Assembly: GCA_035444565.1 (NCBI GenBank)
Contig: DAOMOX010000001.1
Span: 130,335 to 194,334 of the forward strand
Direction of reading: 5' to 3'
From: Candidatus Dojkabacteria bacterium
GTDB lineage: Bacteria; Patescibacteriota; Dojkabacteria; B142; OLB20
Length of the DNA: 64,000 nucleotides
Within the stretch, counting starts at the first letter, position 1. Every line of letters starts with the position of its first letter. A program made the translations under genes and the position numbers. Below are positions 10,549-21,317 of this stretch, one piece after another. Under the pieces are notes generated by a model. The model saw only the letters and a program-made list of their open reading frames with translations. It ran no database searches and was not told where the DNA came from.

Positions 10549-11922
10549 TTGAGTTTAACACTCCACAAAGGATTGTCTCCCCTAGCCGACCGATACGGAC
10601 AACTTGTTGCACCCCTCTCAGATTATCTTTCAGAATCAGCTTTAATAAAATATCGAGTTGAAATCGAAATAAGATATTTACTAAAATTGTCAGAGTACGG
10701 AGTTGTCAAAAAACTCAACAAAGTTGAAATATCAGACCTAATAAAAATAATCAAAGATATTGATGACAAAGATATTCAAACAGCGAAAGAATTTGAAGAC
10801 GTAGTTCACCATGATGTAAAAGCAATCGAATTGTTACTACGTGAGAAACTCAAAGAAATGAATCTTGAAGAGTTAATCGAGAAGATTCATTATTGCCTCA
10901 CTTCGGAAGATGTAAACAACATTGCATACAGATTGATGCTCAAATATTCAGTTTCCGAGGTTTTAATGAAAGAACTCCAAAGTTTCATTTCCGAATTAGT
11001 TCAATTTTCAAAAGAAACGAAATCTACCGTAATGATGGCTCGTACACATGGGCAGGATGCAGTACCAACTACTTTAGGCAAAGAAATCGCAGTCTATGCA
11101 ACACGATTGTTCAAAATATATAAGAAGATAGAGAGGAATAATCTTACGGGAAAACTTGGCGGAGCAATTGGTGGATGGAATGCACACCTATACTCCGAGC
11201 CTCAAATTGATTGGATGAAATTTTCTAAAGAATTTGTTGAATCGTTGGACCTCGAGTTTAACGAATTCACTACGCAGATAAATCCTTACGACGATGTAGT
11301 CGAGCTTCTTTCATTGATACACCAAATAAACTCAATTATGATTGATTTCAATCAAGATATGTGGCGCTACATTAGTGACGATTGGATAAAGCAGAAATCT
11401 GATAGCAAATCAGTAGGTTCTTCAACAATGGCACAGAAGGTTAATCCAATAAATTTCGAAAATAGTGAAGGTAACGCTCAAGTTGCAAATGGATTAATCG
11501 AAGCATTAAATCGCACATTACCAATATCGAGATTACAACGTGATCTATCAAATAGCACCATTGTGAGAAATATCGGCCCCGCTATAGGTCATTCTTTGAT
11601 TGTCATCAAAAGTGCCTCAAGTGGTTTCTCAAAAATCCATCCTGATTTTGTGGCAATCGAACTTCATCTTATGTTTAATTGGTCAATCCTAGCAGAACCT
11701 TTACAGATATTACTTAGGAAAAATAATATCGAGAATTCATTCAATTTGGTAAAAGAACAGATGATGGGCAAAAAACTATCCAAGAAGGCATGGATTAAGA
11801 TGATAAAGGAAATGAATATTCCGAAAAATGTCAAGAATGAGATCTTGATGCTGAATCCAAGAACATATACAGGTTATTGCGAAAGTGTTGTAGACGACGC
11901 TATTAAATTAATCAAATTCTAA
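10549..11922 (+). CDS. purB: Adenylosuccinate lyase.
   Basis: SPLADRYG and SSTMAQKVNPINFENSEGN are close to E. coli PurB motifs. Confidence 0.8.
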   Translation: MSLTLHKGLSPLADRYGQLVAPLSDYLSESALIKYRVEIEIRYLLKLSEYGVVKKLNKVEISDLIKIIKDIDDKDIQTAKEFEDVVHHDVKAIELLLREKLKEMNLEELIEKIHYCLTSEDVNNIAYRLMLKYSVSEVLMKELQSFISELVQFSKETKSTVMMARTHGQDAVPTTLGKEIAVYATRLFKIYKKIERNNLTGKLGGAIGGWNAHLYSEPQIDWMKFSKEFVESLDLEFNEFTTQINPYDDVVELLSLIHQINSIMIDFNQDMWRYISDDWIKQKSDSKSVGSSTMAQKVNPINFENSEGNAQVANGLIEALNRTLPISRLQRDLSNSTIVRNIGPAIGHSLIVIKSASSGFSKIHPDFVAIELHLMFNWSILAEPLQILLRKNNIENSFNLVKEQMMGKKLSKKAWIKMIKEMNIPKNVKNEILMLNPRTYTGYCESVVDDAIKLIKF

Positions 11923-11947
11923 TTATTTTAATTCTTTAATTTTTCTC

Positions 11948-13303
11948 ATGAATAAACCAAGAAAAAACAGCATCGGATTTTGCGGAGGTGCTTATGGAGA
12001 CGAAGGTAAAGGAAGATTTGTTGATGAATATGTACATAAATTTGCAAAAAAGGGTAAGGTTGTACTTTATCGTGACAATGGAGGATCAAACGCTGGTCAC
12101 ACGGTGGCATTTGATGATGTAAAACTTGCACTCCATCAGTTACCCTCAGGTGTATTCGTAAAAAATGTTGTCTGTGTACTTGGAAAAGGTATGGTTTTGA
12201 ATCCAAACGATTTACTGATGGAAATTGAAGAAGTGAAAAAAGCTAGCGGAGGCAAGATTATTGCAGAAATAAAGATTGATGAAATGGCAGCACTATCCCT
12301 CGATACTCACAGAGCATTTGAAACAGCATTGAGTAATTATCAGTCAGGAGGGAAAGGATCAACTGGACGGGGAATCAGTCCTGCATATATGGATGTAATT
12401 CTAAGACATCCACTAAGAATGAGAGATTTGAAAAAATGGGATGAAAAGAAAATCCAAGCCCACTACAAATTATACAAAAACCTAATTAAAGGTTTAGGTT
12501 TTGATTTGGCTAAAATGGAAGCAAAAAGACTTGACGGAACAACTACTTTTGTAGGTTCAGAGAAAGAATTCGTTAACGAATTGAAAACTCACGCTTCGAA
12601 ATTAAAGAAATACATCGAAGATGTTACAGGATTTATAAAAGAAACATGGGCAAATACAAAAGATTACGCATACGTTTTCGAGAAATCTCAAGCGATTGGC
12701 TTAGATATGAGATACGGAGTCTATCCCGACGTTACCGCTTCTGACTGTACACTTGGTGGTGTTACCTACTCCACAGAAGGAACAATCGACTCATTCCAGA
12801 TTGAAAAAAGAGTCGCAGTTATCAAAGCTACATATATGTCTAGTGTCGGAATTAGGAAAATCCCTACCTTGGTTGAAGGTGAGTTTGCAAATAGAGTACG
12901 TGAAGATGCAAACGAATACGGTGCAACCACCAAACGTCCTAGAGGAATAGCATATCTTGACTTACCAGCAATCAAATATTATCAAAAAGCTGGATATACA
13001 ACACATCTAGGCCTTACACATATGGATATAGTCTACAAAGATACTCCAGTTATGGTTTGTATTGGGTATGAAATTAATGGAAAACCAGTGGATTATAGAC
13101 CTGATCAAGAATATTTATTGAAAGTAAAACCTGTTTACAAAGAATTCAAAACATGGGACCAGAAAGCCATGATGGAAGCTCGAAAAGAGTCAGAAATTCC
13201 GAAAAATGCACAGATTTTCCTAAAATATGTAAGTGATTATGTAGGATTACCTATTTTGGTTATTGCGATGGGACCCAAGAGAGAGGAGACGATTTTCATG
13301 TAA
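11948..13303 (+). CDS. purA: Adenylosuccinate synthetase.
   Basis: GDEGKG P-loop, GGSNAGHTV, GSTGRGISPAY and EYGATTKRPRG match PurA signatures. Confidence 0.75.
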   Translation: MNKPRKNSIGFCGGAYGDEGKGRFVDEYVHKFAKKGKVVLYRDNGGSNAGHTVAFDDVKLALHQLPSGVFVKNVVCVLGKGMVLNPNDLLMEIEEVKKASGGKIIAEIKIDEMAALSLDTHRAFETALSNYQSGGKGSTGRGISPAYMDVILRHPLRMRDLKKWDEKKIQAHYKLYKNLIKGLGFDLAKMEAKRLDGTTTFVGSEKEFVNELKTHASKLKKYIEDVTGFIKETWANTKDYAYVFEKSQAIGLDMRYGVYPDVTASDCTLGGVTYSTEGTIDSFQIEKRVAVIKATYMSSVGIRKIPTLVEGEFANRVREDANEYGATTKRPRGIAYLDLPAIKYYQKAGYTTHLGLTHMDIVYKDTPVMVCIGYEINGKPVDYRPDQEYLLKVKPVYKEFKTWDQKAMMEARKESEIPKNAQIFLKYVSDYVGLPILVIAMGPKREETIFM

Positions 13304-13325
13304 TAGTTACTTGGAATAAAAAAAG

Positions 13326-13352
13326 AAGGCAGTCATTGACTGCCTTTTTTAT
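13326..13352 (+). terminator. Rho-independent terminator after purA.
   Basis: AAGGCAGTCATTGACTGCCTT followed by TTTTTT. Confidence 0.55.
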
Positions 13353-13359
13353 ATTACAA

Positions 13360-13596
13360 TTAACTTCGAACATGTTCAATTACTATACCGGTCAAAGTAA
13401 GAAGTCCGGATAATGCAGCACCAGCCAAGATGCTTAATCCAGCTTCAGCCTGTCCCGTATATCCTACTCCAGGTTCAAAACTACCAGGAAAACTTATGAA
13501 TGCTTTGGCGACACCCCCAGCTAATGGAAGTGCAGCAATAATACAACCTAAATTGTAACGATTGTTTCTTGAACTCTCAGAATTTGAATTTTCCAT
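13360..13596 (-). CDS. Hypothetical small membrane protein.
   Basis: Gly/Ala-rich TM segments. Confidence 0.3.
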   Translation of the reverse strand: MENSNSESSRNNRYNLGCIIAALPLAGGVAKAFISFPGSFEPGVGYTGQAEAGLSILAGAALSGLLTLTGIVIEHVRS

Positions 13597-13703
13597 AACT
13601 TTTAATACAAATTAATATATATCTATTATATCACTCTTACGTAATTCATAGTTAAAAACAGACTTCGAAGAAATTAATATTTGGGTAATGATAACAAGAA
13701 GTT

Positions 13704-14129
13704 TTAATTAGGGAATTTGTCGGTAAGGAATTTTTTAATGCCTAATGCAATTTTCAATCCTGCCTCACCAGAAGCGCCCTGAATTAACCTTACCATCTCA
13801 TCGACATCAACCCATATTGCACCTTTCCCTTCTTTGACCTCGAAAATCCAATTATCTTTATCGACATTTAACAGATAGACATATCTTGTGACTAATTTCC
13901 CTTCAATCTCATCCGTGAAATTTCCCACCTCTAGGAGTTCTTCGCTGGAGATATCGGTTCCTAGTTCCTCAATTGTTTCTCGAATCAGTGCTTCCTTAAT
14001 CGACTCACCCTCCTCGATACTCCCTCCGAAATATCCCCATCTAGGTGGTTTAAAACCCTCACGATCCTGAATTAAAATTTCGCCTAATTGATTTAACGGA
14101 ATCAGCAATGCTTTGGTAACTTTTTTCAT
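13704..14129 (-). CDS. NUDIX hydrolase.
   Basis: Nudix box GGSIEEGESIKEALIRETIEELG. Confidence 0.6.
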   Translation of the reverse strand: MKKVTKALLIPLNQLGEILIQDREGFKPPRWGYFGGSIEEGESIKEALIRETIEELGTDISSEELLEVGNFTDEIEGKLVTRYVYLLNVDKDNWIFEVKEGKGAIWVDVDEMVRLIQGASGEAGLKIALGIKKFLTDKFPN

Positions 14130-14181
14130 ATTAATAAACCAAATTCTAATAGTTGTGAGAATTATAACTTACAATTATATG

Positions 14182-14394
14182 TTATACAGAATGTGTTTTT
14201 TGAGTTGCGCTCCCACCACGCCGCCAACCTGCAACAGAACTAATACCAGCCGTTATTAGGGGGAGATATCCAAGAATTTTGTCATGTATTTCAGTTACAA
14301 ACAATCCTACAATCATACCCAAAACAGCGCCAACTAAAGCGTATGTAATTCTATCCATATCAGGATCATTGCAAACTTCATTCATAACATTCAT
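14182..14394 (-). CDS. Hypothetical small membrane protein.
   Basis: Two hydrophobic helices. Confidence 0.25.
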   Translation of the reverse strand: MNVMNEVCNDPDMDRITYALVGAVLGMIVGLFVTEIHDKILGYLPLITAGISSVAGWRRGGSATQKTHSV

Positions 14395-14530
14395 TATAAC
14401 ACCGAAACAGTTTTATTCATTCATATACGCATAATATGAGTGATTTACAAAATCTTTACAGTACAAATACTTTCTCTCAAACTTTCCCCCATATACTTAA
14501 TAGAAAATAATAATTAATTGACAATAATAA

Positions 14531-15160
14531 GTGAATAACAATCCCGAAGTTAAGGAAGAAGTAGTTAGAGAACCATCCGAAGAGCAACCTATTAGAAGAA
14601 GTATGATACCGCTCTATACAAACCTATTTTTAGTCTTTGTATTATTGGCTTTCCTTCTCTTAGTATTTGTGTTTCTGATGATGTTTCTTTCAGACTATTT
14701 AGAATCAATTGCGTTACCTCTGAATATGATTGTAATCACACTGTTAGTTGGTTTTTATCTTGTCTACTTTGTATTGAGTTACTTAAATTATCGATCCGTG
14801 AGTTATATGTTAATACCAGGTTCAATTCAAAAAACAACATTAAATACAATTGATCAAATTCCGGGGAAGATATTAGTTAAAGAAGGATTCTTTTATAGAA
14901 ACAAGTTACTTTTAACAATGAATGACTTTGACCACATTAGAATTGAAAAATCATTTGTCGGGAGAGCTTATAATTTTGGACATATTTATCTTATGCAAAT
15001 TGACGAGTTAGTAAGCACAAAGAACTATGTTCTTACCAATGTATATGAACCTGAAGAGGCAGCTACATTAATTCAAAAAATGATTGATGTTGAAATATTC
15101 AAGTCAACACCTGCTAGAAGTAATACTAGCGATGAAAAAAGTGATGGAAAATCAAAATAG
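14531..15160 (+). CDS. Membrane protein with a bPH_2 (YdbT/DUF304-like) domain.
   Basis: Two TM helices then a YRNKLLLT...IRIEKSF...GHIYL segment. Confidence 0.35.
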   Translation: MNNNPEVKEEVVREPSEEQPIRRSMIPLYTNLFLVFVLLAFLLLVFVFLMMFLSDYLESIALPLNMIVITLLVGFYLVYFVLSYLNYRSVSYMLIPGSIQKTTLNTIDQIPGKILVKEGFFYRNKLLLTMNDFDHIRIEKSFVGRAYNFGHIYLMQIDELVSTKNYVLTNVYEPEEAATLIQKMIDVEIFKSTPARSNTSDEKSDGKSK

Positions 15161-15240
15161 AAGCCGAATTTACACAAAATTAACAGAAGCTTCACAATCC
15201 ATCACCTATAATAGTTTATAATTTATGCGAGTTAATTCAA

Positions 15241-15624
15241 ATGTATGATGATGAAATGAATGTACTAGTTTGTGAAGACGATCCAGGAATACAAGATCTT
15301 ATGGAGATCATGTTAGAAGATATGGACTTCGAAGTTATGAAATGCGACAACCAAGAAAGCGTCAAAGAGCTAATGTCTACCGAAAAAGTAGATATAGTAA
15401 TCATGGATTACTGGCTTAGTGACGGGAAAGCTGACGACGTAATCATCGAAACGAAGAAGAAATATCCCGAAGTCCCTATTCTTGTGGTTTCTGCGGACAC
15501 AAATCTTGACGAAGTAGTGAAAAAACTTGAAGTAAATGACTATTTAAAGAAACCATTTGATATAATTGAGTTTCAATCTAAAATTAAAGAACTATCAGAT
15601 GGTACCAACAATAGTAGTAATTGA
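15241..15624 (+). CDS. Stand-alone response-regulator receiver protein.
   Basis: Acidic pocket VLVCEDD, phospho-acceptor D in IVIMDYW, conserved K in YLKKPF. Confidence 0.65.
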   Translation: MYDDEMNVLVCEDDPGIQDLMEIMLEDMDFEVMKCDNQESVKELMSTEKVDIVIMDYWLSDGKADDVIIETKKKYPEVPILVVSADTNLDEVVKKLEVNDYLKKPFDIIEFQSKIKELSDGTNNSSN

Positions 15625-16279
15625 CGACGACAAAGCACTGCTCGATTATCTACAGGAGTTATTCAAAACTACCGAAGAGATGAACGTAAAGGGCTTTACC
15701 TCTGGTCTTGCTGGACTCAAATACCTCAAGAATGAAACCCCAAAACTCATTCTACTTGATTTAGGACTTGAAGATATTCATGGTTCTTCCCTTTGTGGGG
15801 AAATTCGTAAAATACACGAGACATTACCTATAGTTATTCTTACAGGCGATGATTCAAAAGACATGTTAATCCGATGTCTAAACATGGGTGCTGACGACTA
15901 TATTACCAAACCATTCAATAACGATGAACTCATTGCCAGAGTCAAGAGTAAGCTTCGCAACACAGGCATTGAGGACGAAAAACAAATATTAAAAATCCAA
16001 GACCTTGTATTAAATCCCGAAACACTTGAAGTGACAAAAGCCGGAAAACCTTTAACGCTTACAGGTAAAGAATTCCAGTTACTACAATACCTGATGCTAA
16101 ATAGTCACAAAGTCTGCACTAGAGACAAAATCCTTTTTTCTGTTTGGGGATACTCAGCAGATATTGATACCAGAGTAGTAGATGTTCATATAGCAAAACT
16201 CAGGAAAAAACTAGAGGGCAAGGATACAAACTATATACAGTCTTTGAGAGGCTTTGGATACAGAATGCTTGAGACCTAA
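15566..16279 (+). CDS. OmpR-family response regulator (receiver plus winged helix). The true start is probably the Met at 15599.
   Basis: VVIDDD...LLDLGLED...ITKPF receiver and C-terminal LTGKEFQLLQYLMLN...VWGY...VDVHIAKLRKKLE winged helix. Confidence 0.7.
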   Translation: MSFNLKLKNYQMVPTIVVIDDDKALLDYLQELFKTTEEMNVKGFTSGLAGLKYLKNETPKLILLDLGLEDIHGSSLCGEIRKIHETLPIVILTGDDSKDMLIRCLNMGADDYITKPFNNDELIARVKSKLRNTGIEDEKQILKIQDLVLNPETLEVTKAGKPLTLTGKEFQLLQYLMLNSHKVCTRDKILFSVWGYSADIDTRVVDVHIAKLRKKLEGKDTNYIQSLRGFGYRMLET

Positions 16280-16532
16280 TCGAGGTCTCTTTCGATACTT
16301 TGGATTTGTTCAAGCAAAGATGTACAAGAATCACTAGCCTTTTGAACTAATTTCTGGTTTTTTTCAATAAAATCAGAATTATCTGCTTTATTAATATTTG
16401 CACGAAGCATTTGGAGATAGCCAGATATTACAGTGATAGAACTTTTAGTTTTATGTACCTTAGATTTCAGATTTTGCTTTTTATTCATGACTAATTTTAC
16501 AACAGATGTAAAGCCTTCAGGTATTAAAATAA

Positions 16533-18383
16533 ATGAATTTTAAGAAAGCAATACAAACCAAAAACGAGAACTTGAAATTTAAGTCTACTTTGATAAATTT
16601 ACTTAAAATAGTATCCAACCTATTCGCACCTATCCTTACTGCTACAATTATAATTTCCTCAAGAATGTATCTAGAGGAAGGACTTTATCCAGCCCCTTTC
16701 CAACTACTCACGTTAGTTGTGATGTTTCACTCATTAACAGGTAAATTCTACGCTGGGGTATCTGCCACATTTATTACTACCCTGGGAGCCCACTTCTTTC
16801 TTATGCATCCAGCCTGGGAATTCAAACTAACACAATCTACCTATCTTGTGCCCACTTTGGAATTTTTCATACAGTCAATAATAATTGCCTACATTACTTC
16901 AAAATTTATTGGCAATCTTCGAGAACTCCGAAAGACTTCGAAAAATCTAGAATATGCTAGACAAAAGTTCAAATATGTCTCTGAAGAAAATACAACTCTC
17001 TTTGCGGTAACGAGTACAGACGGAACTGTGCTAGAAGTAAATAAGGCATTCTCAATCTTAGTCCCTGGTGGTGAAACGGAATTACTAGGAAATAAAATAT
17101 ATGAATGTCCACCCTGGAACAACGCTACAGGTTCAAAAGATCACTTGATAAAAACTATCGAGAATATAACAGATTTCAAAACTTCTAATTACGAAGACAT
17201 CCTCTATCTAGCCGAAGAAACCAAAATATACGTCAATGTTAGTGTTACCCTCATAAATACAGACGACTCAAATCCATTTCTAATAATCTCTGCTTCTGAT
17301 ATTTCCGATAAAAAGAAGTCTGAAAAAAGCGCAAAGAAAGAACAGGCATTATTCTCCAATTTCATTCACTCTAATATCGTTGGATTGATCTTCACAGATT
17401 CACAACGACATATTACGAATGCAAATCGCAAATTCCTAAAAATGTTGGGCTATAAACTGAGTGAAGTCAAAGAAAAAAAACTTGAACTGATCTCTGTTGT
17501 ACCAGTCACATATCATCAACAAAAATCTGACACCATCAAGAAAATCCTAAAATACGGCTACGGGGGTCCAATCGAAATCGAAATCGCGCATAAAGATGGT
17601 TCACTTGTCCCGGTATTACTTAGTGGTATTATTGTTGATCCCGATGAAAAGTCATTTCTATTTTTATTTGTAGATCTTACTGAACAAAAAAAATTAGAAA
17701 GAAAAAAGGATGAATTTATTAGTATCGCTAGTCATGAAATAAAAACTCCTTTGACAATAATCAAAGGATACCTACAACTACTCAATCAAAAATCCTCAAT
17801 TAATAACTATAAGGACTTCCCTAAATATATGTCAGTACTCACACGCGAAGTAAATAAACTCACCGATTTACTAAATGTTATGTTAGACATTAGTAGAATC
17901 GAAACTAATAAATTCAAACTAAATATACGTGAAGTAGATATAGTCGATCACACAAAAAAATCAGTTCTCGCTGTTGAGCCAATGTTAAAGGGTAGAATTA
18001 TAAAATTTGAAAGTGATATGAAAGAACTGACTATTGAGGCTGATCCAAATCGAATAAATCAAGTCACTATGAATTTACTAACTAACGCTATTAAACATTC
18101 TCAAAGGAAAGGCGAAATTATAGTTAGTGTCAAAGAAGTAAAAAATGGAGTAAAAATATCCGTACAAGACTTCGGTAAAGGTATTCATGAAGAAAAACTA
18201 GATAAAATTTTTACAAAATTCTTCCAAATTGACAAAGCCAAAGGTAATATTGAAGGTCTTGGTCTGGGGCTCTTTATCTCTAAAGAGATAGTAAAAGCTC
18301 ATCATGGACAGATTGATGTTGCGAGCGAATTCGGCCACGGAGCTACCTTCAGTTACACACTTCCTCAAAAGCAAAATTCTTAA
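16533..18383 (+). CDS. Sensor histidine kinase (membrane region, PAS-like, HisKA, HATPase_c).
   Basis: ISIASHEIKTPLTIIKGY H-box. N/G boxes LLTNAIKHS, QDFGKGI, GLGLGLFISKEIV. Confidence 0.75.
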   Translation: MNFKKAIQTKNENLKFKSTLINLLKIVSNLFAPILTATIIISSRMYLEEGLYPAPFQLLTLVVMFHSLTGKFYAGVSATFITTLGAHFFLMHPAWEFKLTQSTYLVPTLEFFIQSIIIAYITSKFIGNLRELRKTSKNLEYARQKFKYVSEENTTLFAVTSTDGTVLEVNKAFSILVPGGETELLGNKIYECPPWNNATGSKDHLIKTIENITDFKTSNYEDILYLAEETKIYVNVSVTLINTDDSNPFLIISASDISDKKKSEKSAKKEQALFSNFIHSNIVGLIFTDSQRHITNANRKFLKMLGYKLSEVKEKKLELISVVPVTYHQQKSDTIKKILKYGYGGPIEIEIAHKDGSLVPVLLSGIIVDPDEKSFLFLFVDLTEQKKLERKKDEFISIASHEIKTPLTIIKGYLQLLNQKSSINNYKDFPKYMSVLTREVNKLTDLLNVMLDISRIETNKFKLNIREVDIVDHTKKSVLAVEPMLKGRIIKFESDMKELTIEADPNRINQVTMNLLTNAIKHSQRKGEIIVSVKEVKNGVKISVQDFGKGIHEEKLDKIFTKFFQIDKAKGNIEGLGLGLFISKEIVKAHHGQIDVASEFGHGATFSYTLPQKQNS

Positions 18384-18459
18384 CACAATCATTACAATTC
18401 TAAAATGTTTCTTTCATAGAGTTTAACTACACTATGTACATAATTTTTAATTAACCATT

Positions 18460-18666
18460 ATGTACAAAGTAAATAAAACAATCTCACAAGAACAAGAGCT
18501 TGATAGTATCAAGTCAAAATTTATAAAAATGTCAGGACCAAAGCTTGCTTTCGGAACAGTTATCGAAAAGAAAAATACTCCAAAAAGTAAAGGTGCAGCT
18601 TACAAGGCCACCAAGGATTGGTTATCAGAACTTCCAACAGATTACATGATTGTTGAAATGCTTTAA
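18460..18666 (+). CDS. Hypothetical small protein.
   Basis: ORF only. Confidence 0.25.
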   Translation: MYKVNKTISQEQELDSIKSKFIKMSGPKLAFGTVIEKKNTPKSKGAAYKATKDWLSELPTDYMIVEML

Positions 18667-18709
18667 GAATTAAACAAATTATTATATTTTTAATTATTAA
18701 CTACCCACA

Positions 18710-18913
18710 ATGAGAAATAGACAAAGTACACATTTTGAGACAAAAGTATTAGACGGTGTTTACCAACCTAGATTCTACACAAATACAGTAGACAACATAA
18801 AAGCAACATCATTAAACGAAGTTACAGTTGCTTGGACCAAACCAGTTTCAGCACTTTCATGGGAAGAACTTGAGGAAAGATACAAGATGAAAGGTGCTAC
18901 AAACTTATATTAA
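18710..18913 (+). CDS. Hypothetical small protein.
   Basis: ORF only. Confidence 0.25.
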   Translation: MRNRQSTHFETKVLDGVYQPRFYTNTVDNIKATSLNEVTVAWTKPVSALSWEELEERYKMKGATNLY

Positions 18914-19236
18914 TAATTGTGAATGAATCGTTCAAAAATCAAATTGCCTCTATTTTTACCGCCTAAACTTGCACTTTAGATTGCAGAAAATCCATACCCT
19001 AAACTCTACAAAAAATCCCTTCCAAACATCCGATAGTGCTAGCAGCATAATTAATTAGTGAATATTCACAATATCTGTTATAATGACTCAGCCATTTTGA
19101 TTTGAATCATAAAGGTTTTTAGGACAAAAAAGTACAAGTTACTCTGCATAAGCATATCTCCTTCGAACCTGACTGCCACAAGCAGGTTATTTCATCATTA
19201 AACTGGAATTTAGTTAAATTCTTTATATATACATAC

Positions 19237-20418
19237 ATGTATACACAACGTTTTGGGCAAGCGAGCCATGGTCGAAGGAATAGATTTAATCGACGCAGTA
19301 ATCGCAAAGTAAGCAAAGGTGTAAACCCAAGCTTATTTATTAATAAAATTACATCTTCGGTCGAAGAAAATGTCTACGAACCGAAATTTACTTTCGAGGA
19401 CTTCAATATTAGTCCCGAACTTAAATCCAATTTGAAATACAAAGGTTTTCACAAACCGATGCCTATTCAAGATCAAGCGATTCCGCATTTACTTCAAGGT
19501 AAAGATCTTATCGGTATTGCAAATACTGGAACTGGAAAAACATTAGCATTTTTAGTGCCGATGTTAGAGAAGGTTATGAATTTAGAAAACGAAAAGGTAC
19601 TTATTATCGCACCAACTAGAGAGCTTGCTGTTCAGATTGAAGAGGATCTGCATGCACTTACCTACAGAATTGGCGTTAATAAAGTTGTATGTATCGGAGG
19701 AACTAGTATAAATCAACAGATTTACAAGTTGAGAATGAATAATCAATTCGTAATTGGTACACCAGGTAGACTTTTAGACTTGGAAAAAAGACGTGCTTTA
19801 AACTTCAATAGGTTCACAAATATTGTTCTAGACGAAGTTGATCGTATGTTTGATATGGGTTTTGTAGATGATATTAAATTCATCTTAAGCCAATTACCAG
19901 AAAGTCGACAATCTCTTTTCTTCTCAGCCACACTTGATAACAAAATCGAGGGGTTGATCAGAAGTCATTCAAAAGATCCAGTAATGGTCTCAGTGAAAAC
20001 TAGAGAAACAGCTGATCATGTTGATCAAGATGTTGTCAAAGTCGCCTATGGTCAGAACAAAATGGAAGTTCTTCACGATATGTTAATCAAAGAAGAATTT
20101 GAAAAAGTATTGATATTCGGTAGAACCAAAATGGGTGTACACCGATTATCTGAGGATTTACAGAGACGAGGCTTCAAAGCAGAGTCAATACACGGAGACA
20201 AAACACAATATCAGAGACAAAGATCACTTAAAAATTTCAAAGAGAACAGAGTGAATATTCTAGTTGCCACTGATGTTGCGGCTCGTGGCCTCGACATCCC
20301 AAATGTGTCACACGTTATTAATTTTGAAGCTCCCGACAACTATACCGACTATGTTCATAGGATCGGTAGAACAGGTAGAGGGAATAAGATGGGGAAAGCG
20401 TTGACGTTTGTGCAGTAA
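19237..20418 (+). CDS. DEAD-box ATP-dependent RNA helicase.
   Basis: Motif I ANTGTGKT, PTRELA, DEVD, SAT, HRIGRTGR. Arg-rich N terminus and a long 5' UTR. Confidence 0.8.
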   Translation: MYTQRFGQASHGRRNRFNRRSNRKVSKGVNPSLFINKITSSVEENVYEPKFTFEDFNISPELKSNLKYKGFHKPMPIQDQAIPHLLQGKDLIGIANTGTGKTLAFLVPMLEKVMNLENEKVLIIAPTRELAVQIEEDLHALTYRIGVNKVVCIGGTSINQQIYKLRMNNQFVIGTPGRLLDLEKRRALNFNRFTNIVLDEVDRMFDMGFVDDIKFILSQLPESRQSLFFSATLDNKIEGLIRSHSKDPVMVSVKTRETADHVDQDVVKVAYGQNKMEVLHDMLIKEEFEKVLIFGRTKMGVHRLSEDLQRRGFKAESIHGDKTQYQRQRSLKNFKENRVNILVATDVAARGLDIPNVSHVINFEAPDNYTDYVHRIGRTGRGNKMGKALTFVQ

Positions 20419-20783
20419 TTAGATGCCATTATAAAGAAAATCTCAACCAAGCTTAGTTGCTGGTAATATACCATCCTCTTCAAGCTCTCTTTTTACTCTT
20501 TCTTCATACTCGGCTTCATTTTCACGAATTGGAGTCACTACTGGCGATATGTATTCTTCATATCCGCCACCAACATTTGACCCCTTTAATACGCGTTTAC
20601 CCTCCCATGGATGTTGCCACTTATCAGCCGGATCCGGAATCTCTCTTTCTTGACTATTTCCCATTAAAGAAAATTAATAATTTGAATTCAGACAAATTGT
20701 ATATTATCACTAAATTTATTACACTATTTTTTACTTCTATTGCTATTATGCCTTAATATATCAATCGCTGTAACAAAATAATT

Positions 20784-21317
20784 ATGTGGAAAATATTAAG
20801 TTCTAGAGATGTTTATAAAAATCCTTGGCTTAAAGTTAAAGAGGATAAGGTAATAATCGAAAGTGGTCGAGAAAGAACCTTTACCACAGTCGATATCAAA
20901 CCAGGTGTATCTGTTTTGGTAGTTGATGAGAAAATGAGTGCCTATTTAAGTAAAGGTTATCAGTATGCACTTGATGAAGAGATTACAGGTGTTACTGCAG
21001 GGGGAGGAATTGACGATGGAGAAAGTCCTCTCGAATGTGCCAAAAGAGAATTAAAAGAGGAAACTGGTTTTATAGCAAGTGAATGGATTGAGTTAGGAAA
21101 GGTTCATGCGATCACAAGTGGCATAATTTCTTCCCCAAATTATTTATTTCTCGCTAGAAACATTGAATTCGGAGAGAAGTCTTTGGAGGATACTGAAAAA
21201 ATCACAACATATAAATTGCCACTTAAGGATGCTTTCAATATGGTAATTAGTGGGGAAATTACTCACTCTGCTTCTGCGGTATTGATTATGAAAGCTTGGA
21301 ATTATTTAAACAACTAA
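20784..21317 (+). CDS. NUDIX hydrolase (ADP-ribose-pyrophosphatase-like).
   Basis: Nudix box GGGIDDGESPLECAKRELKEETGF. Confidence 0.6.
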   Translation: MWKILSSRDVYKNPWLKVKEDKVIIESGRERTFTTVDIKPGVSVLVVDEKMSAYLSKGYQYALDEEITGVTAGGGIDDGESPLECAKRELKEETGFIASEWIELGKVHAITSGIISSPNYLFLARNIEFGEKSLEDTEKITTYKLPLKDAFNMVISGEITHSASAVLIMKAWNYLNN

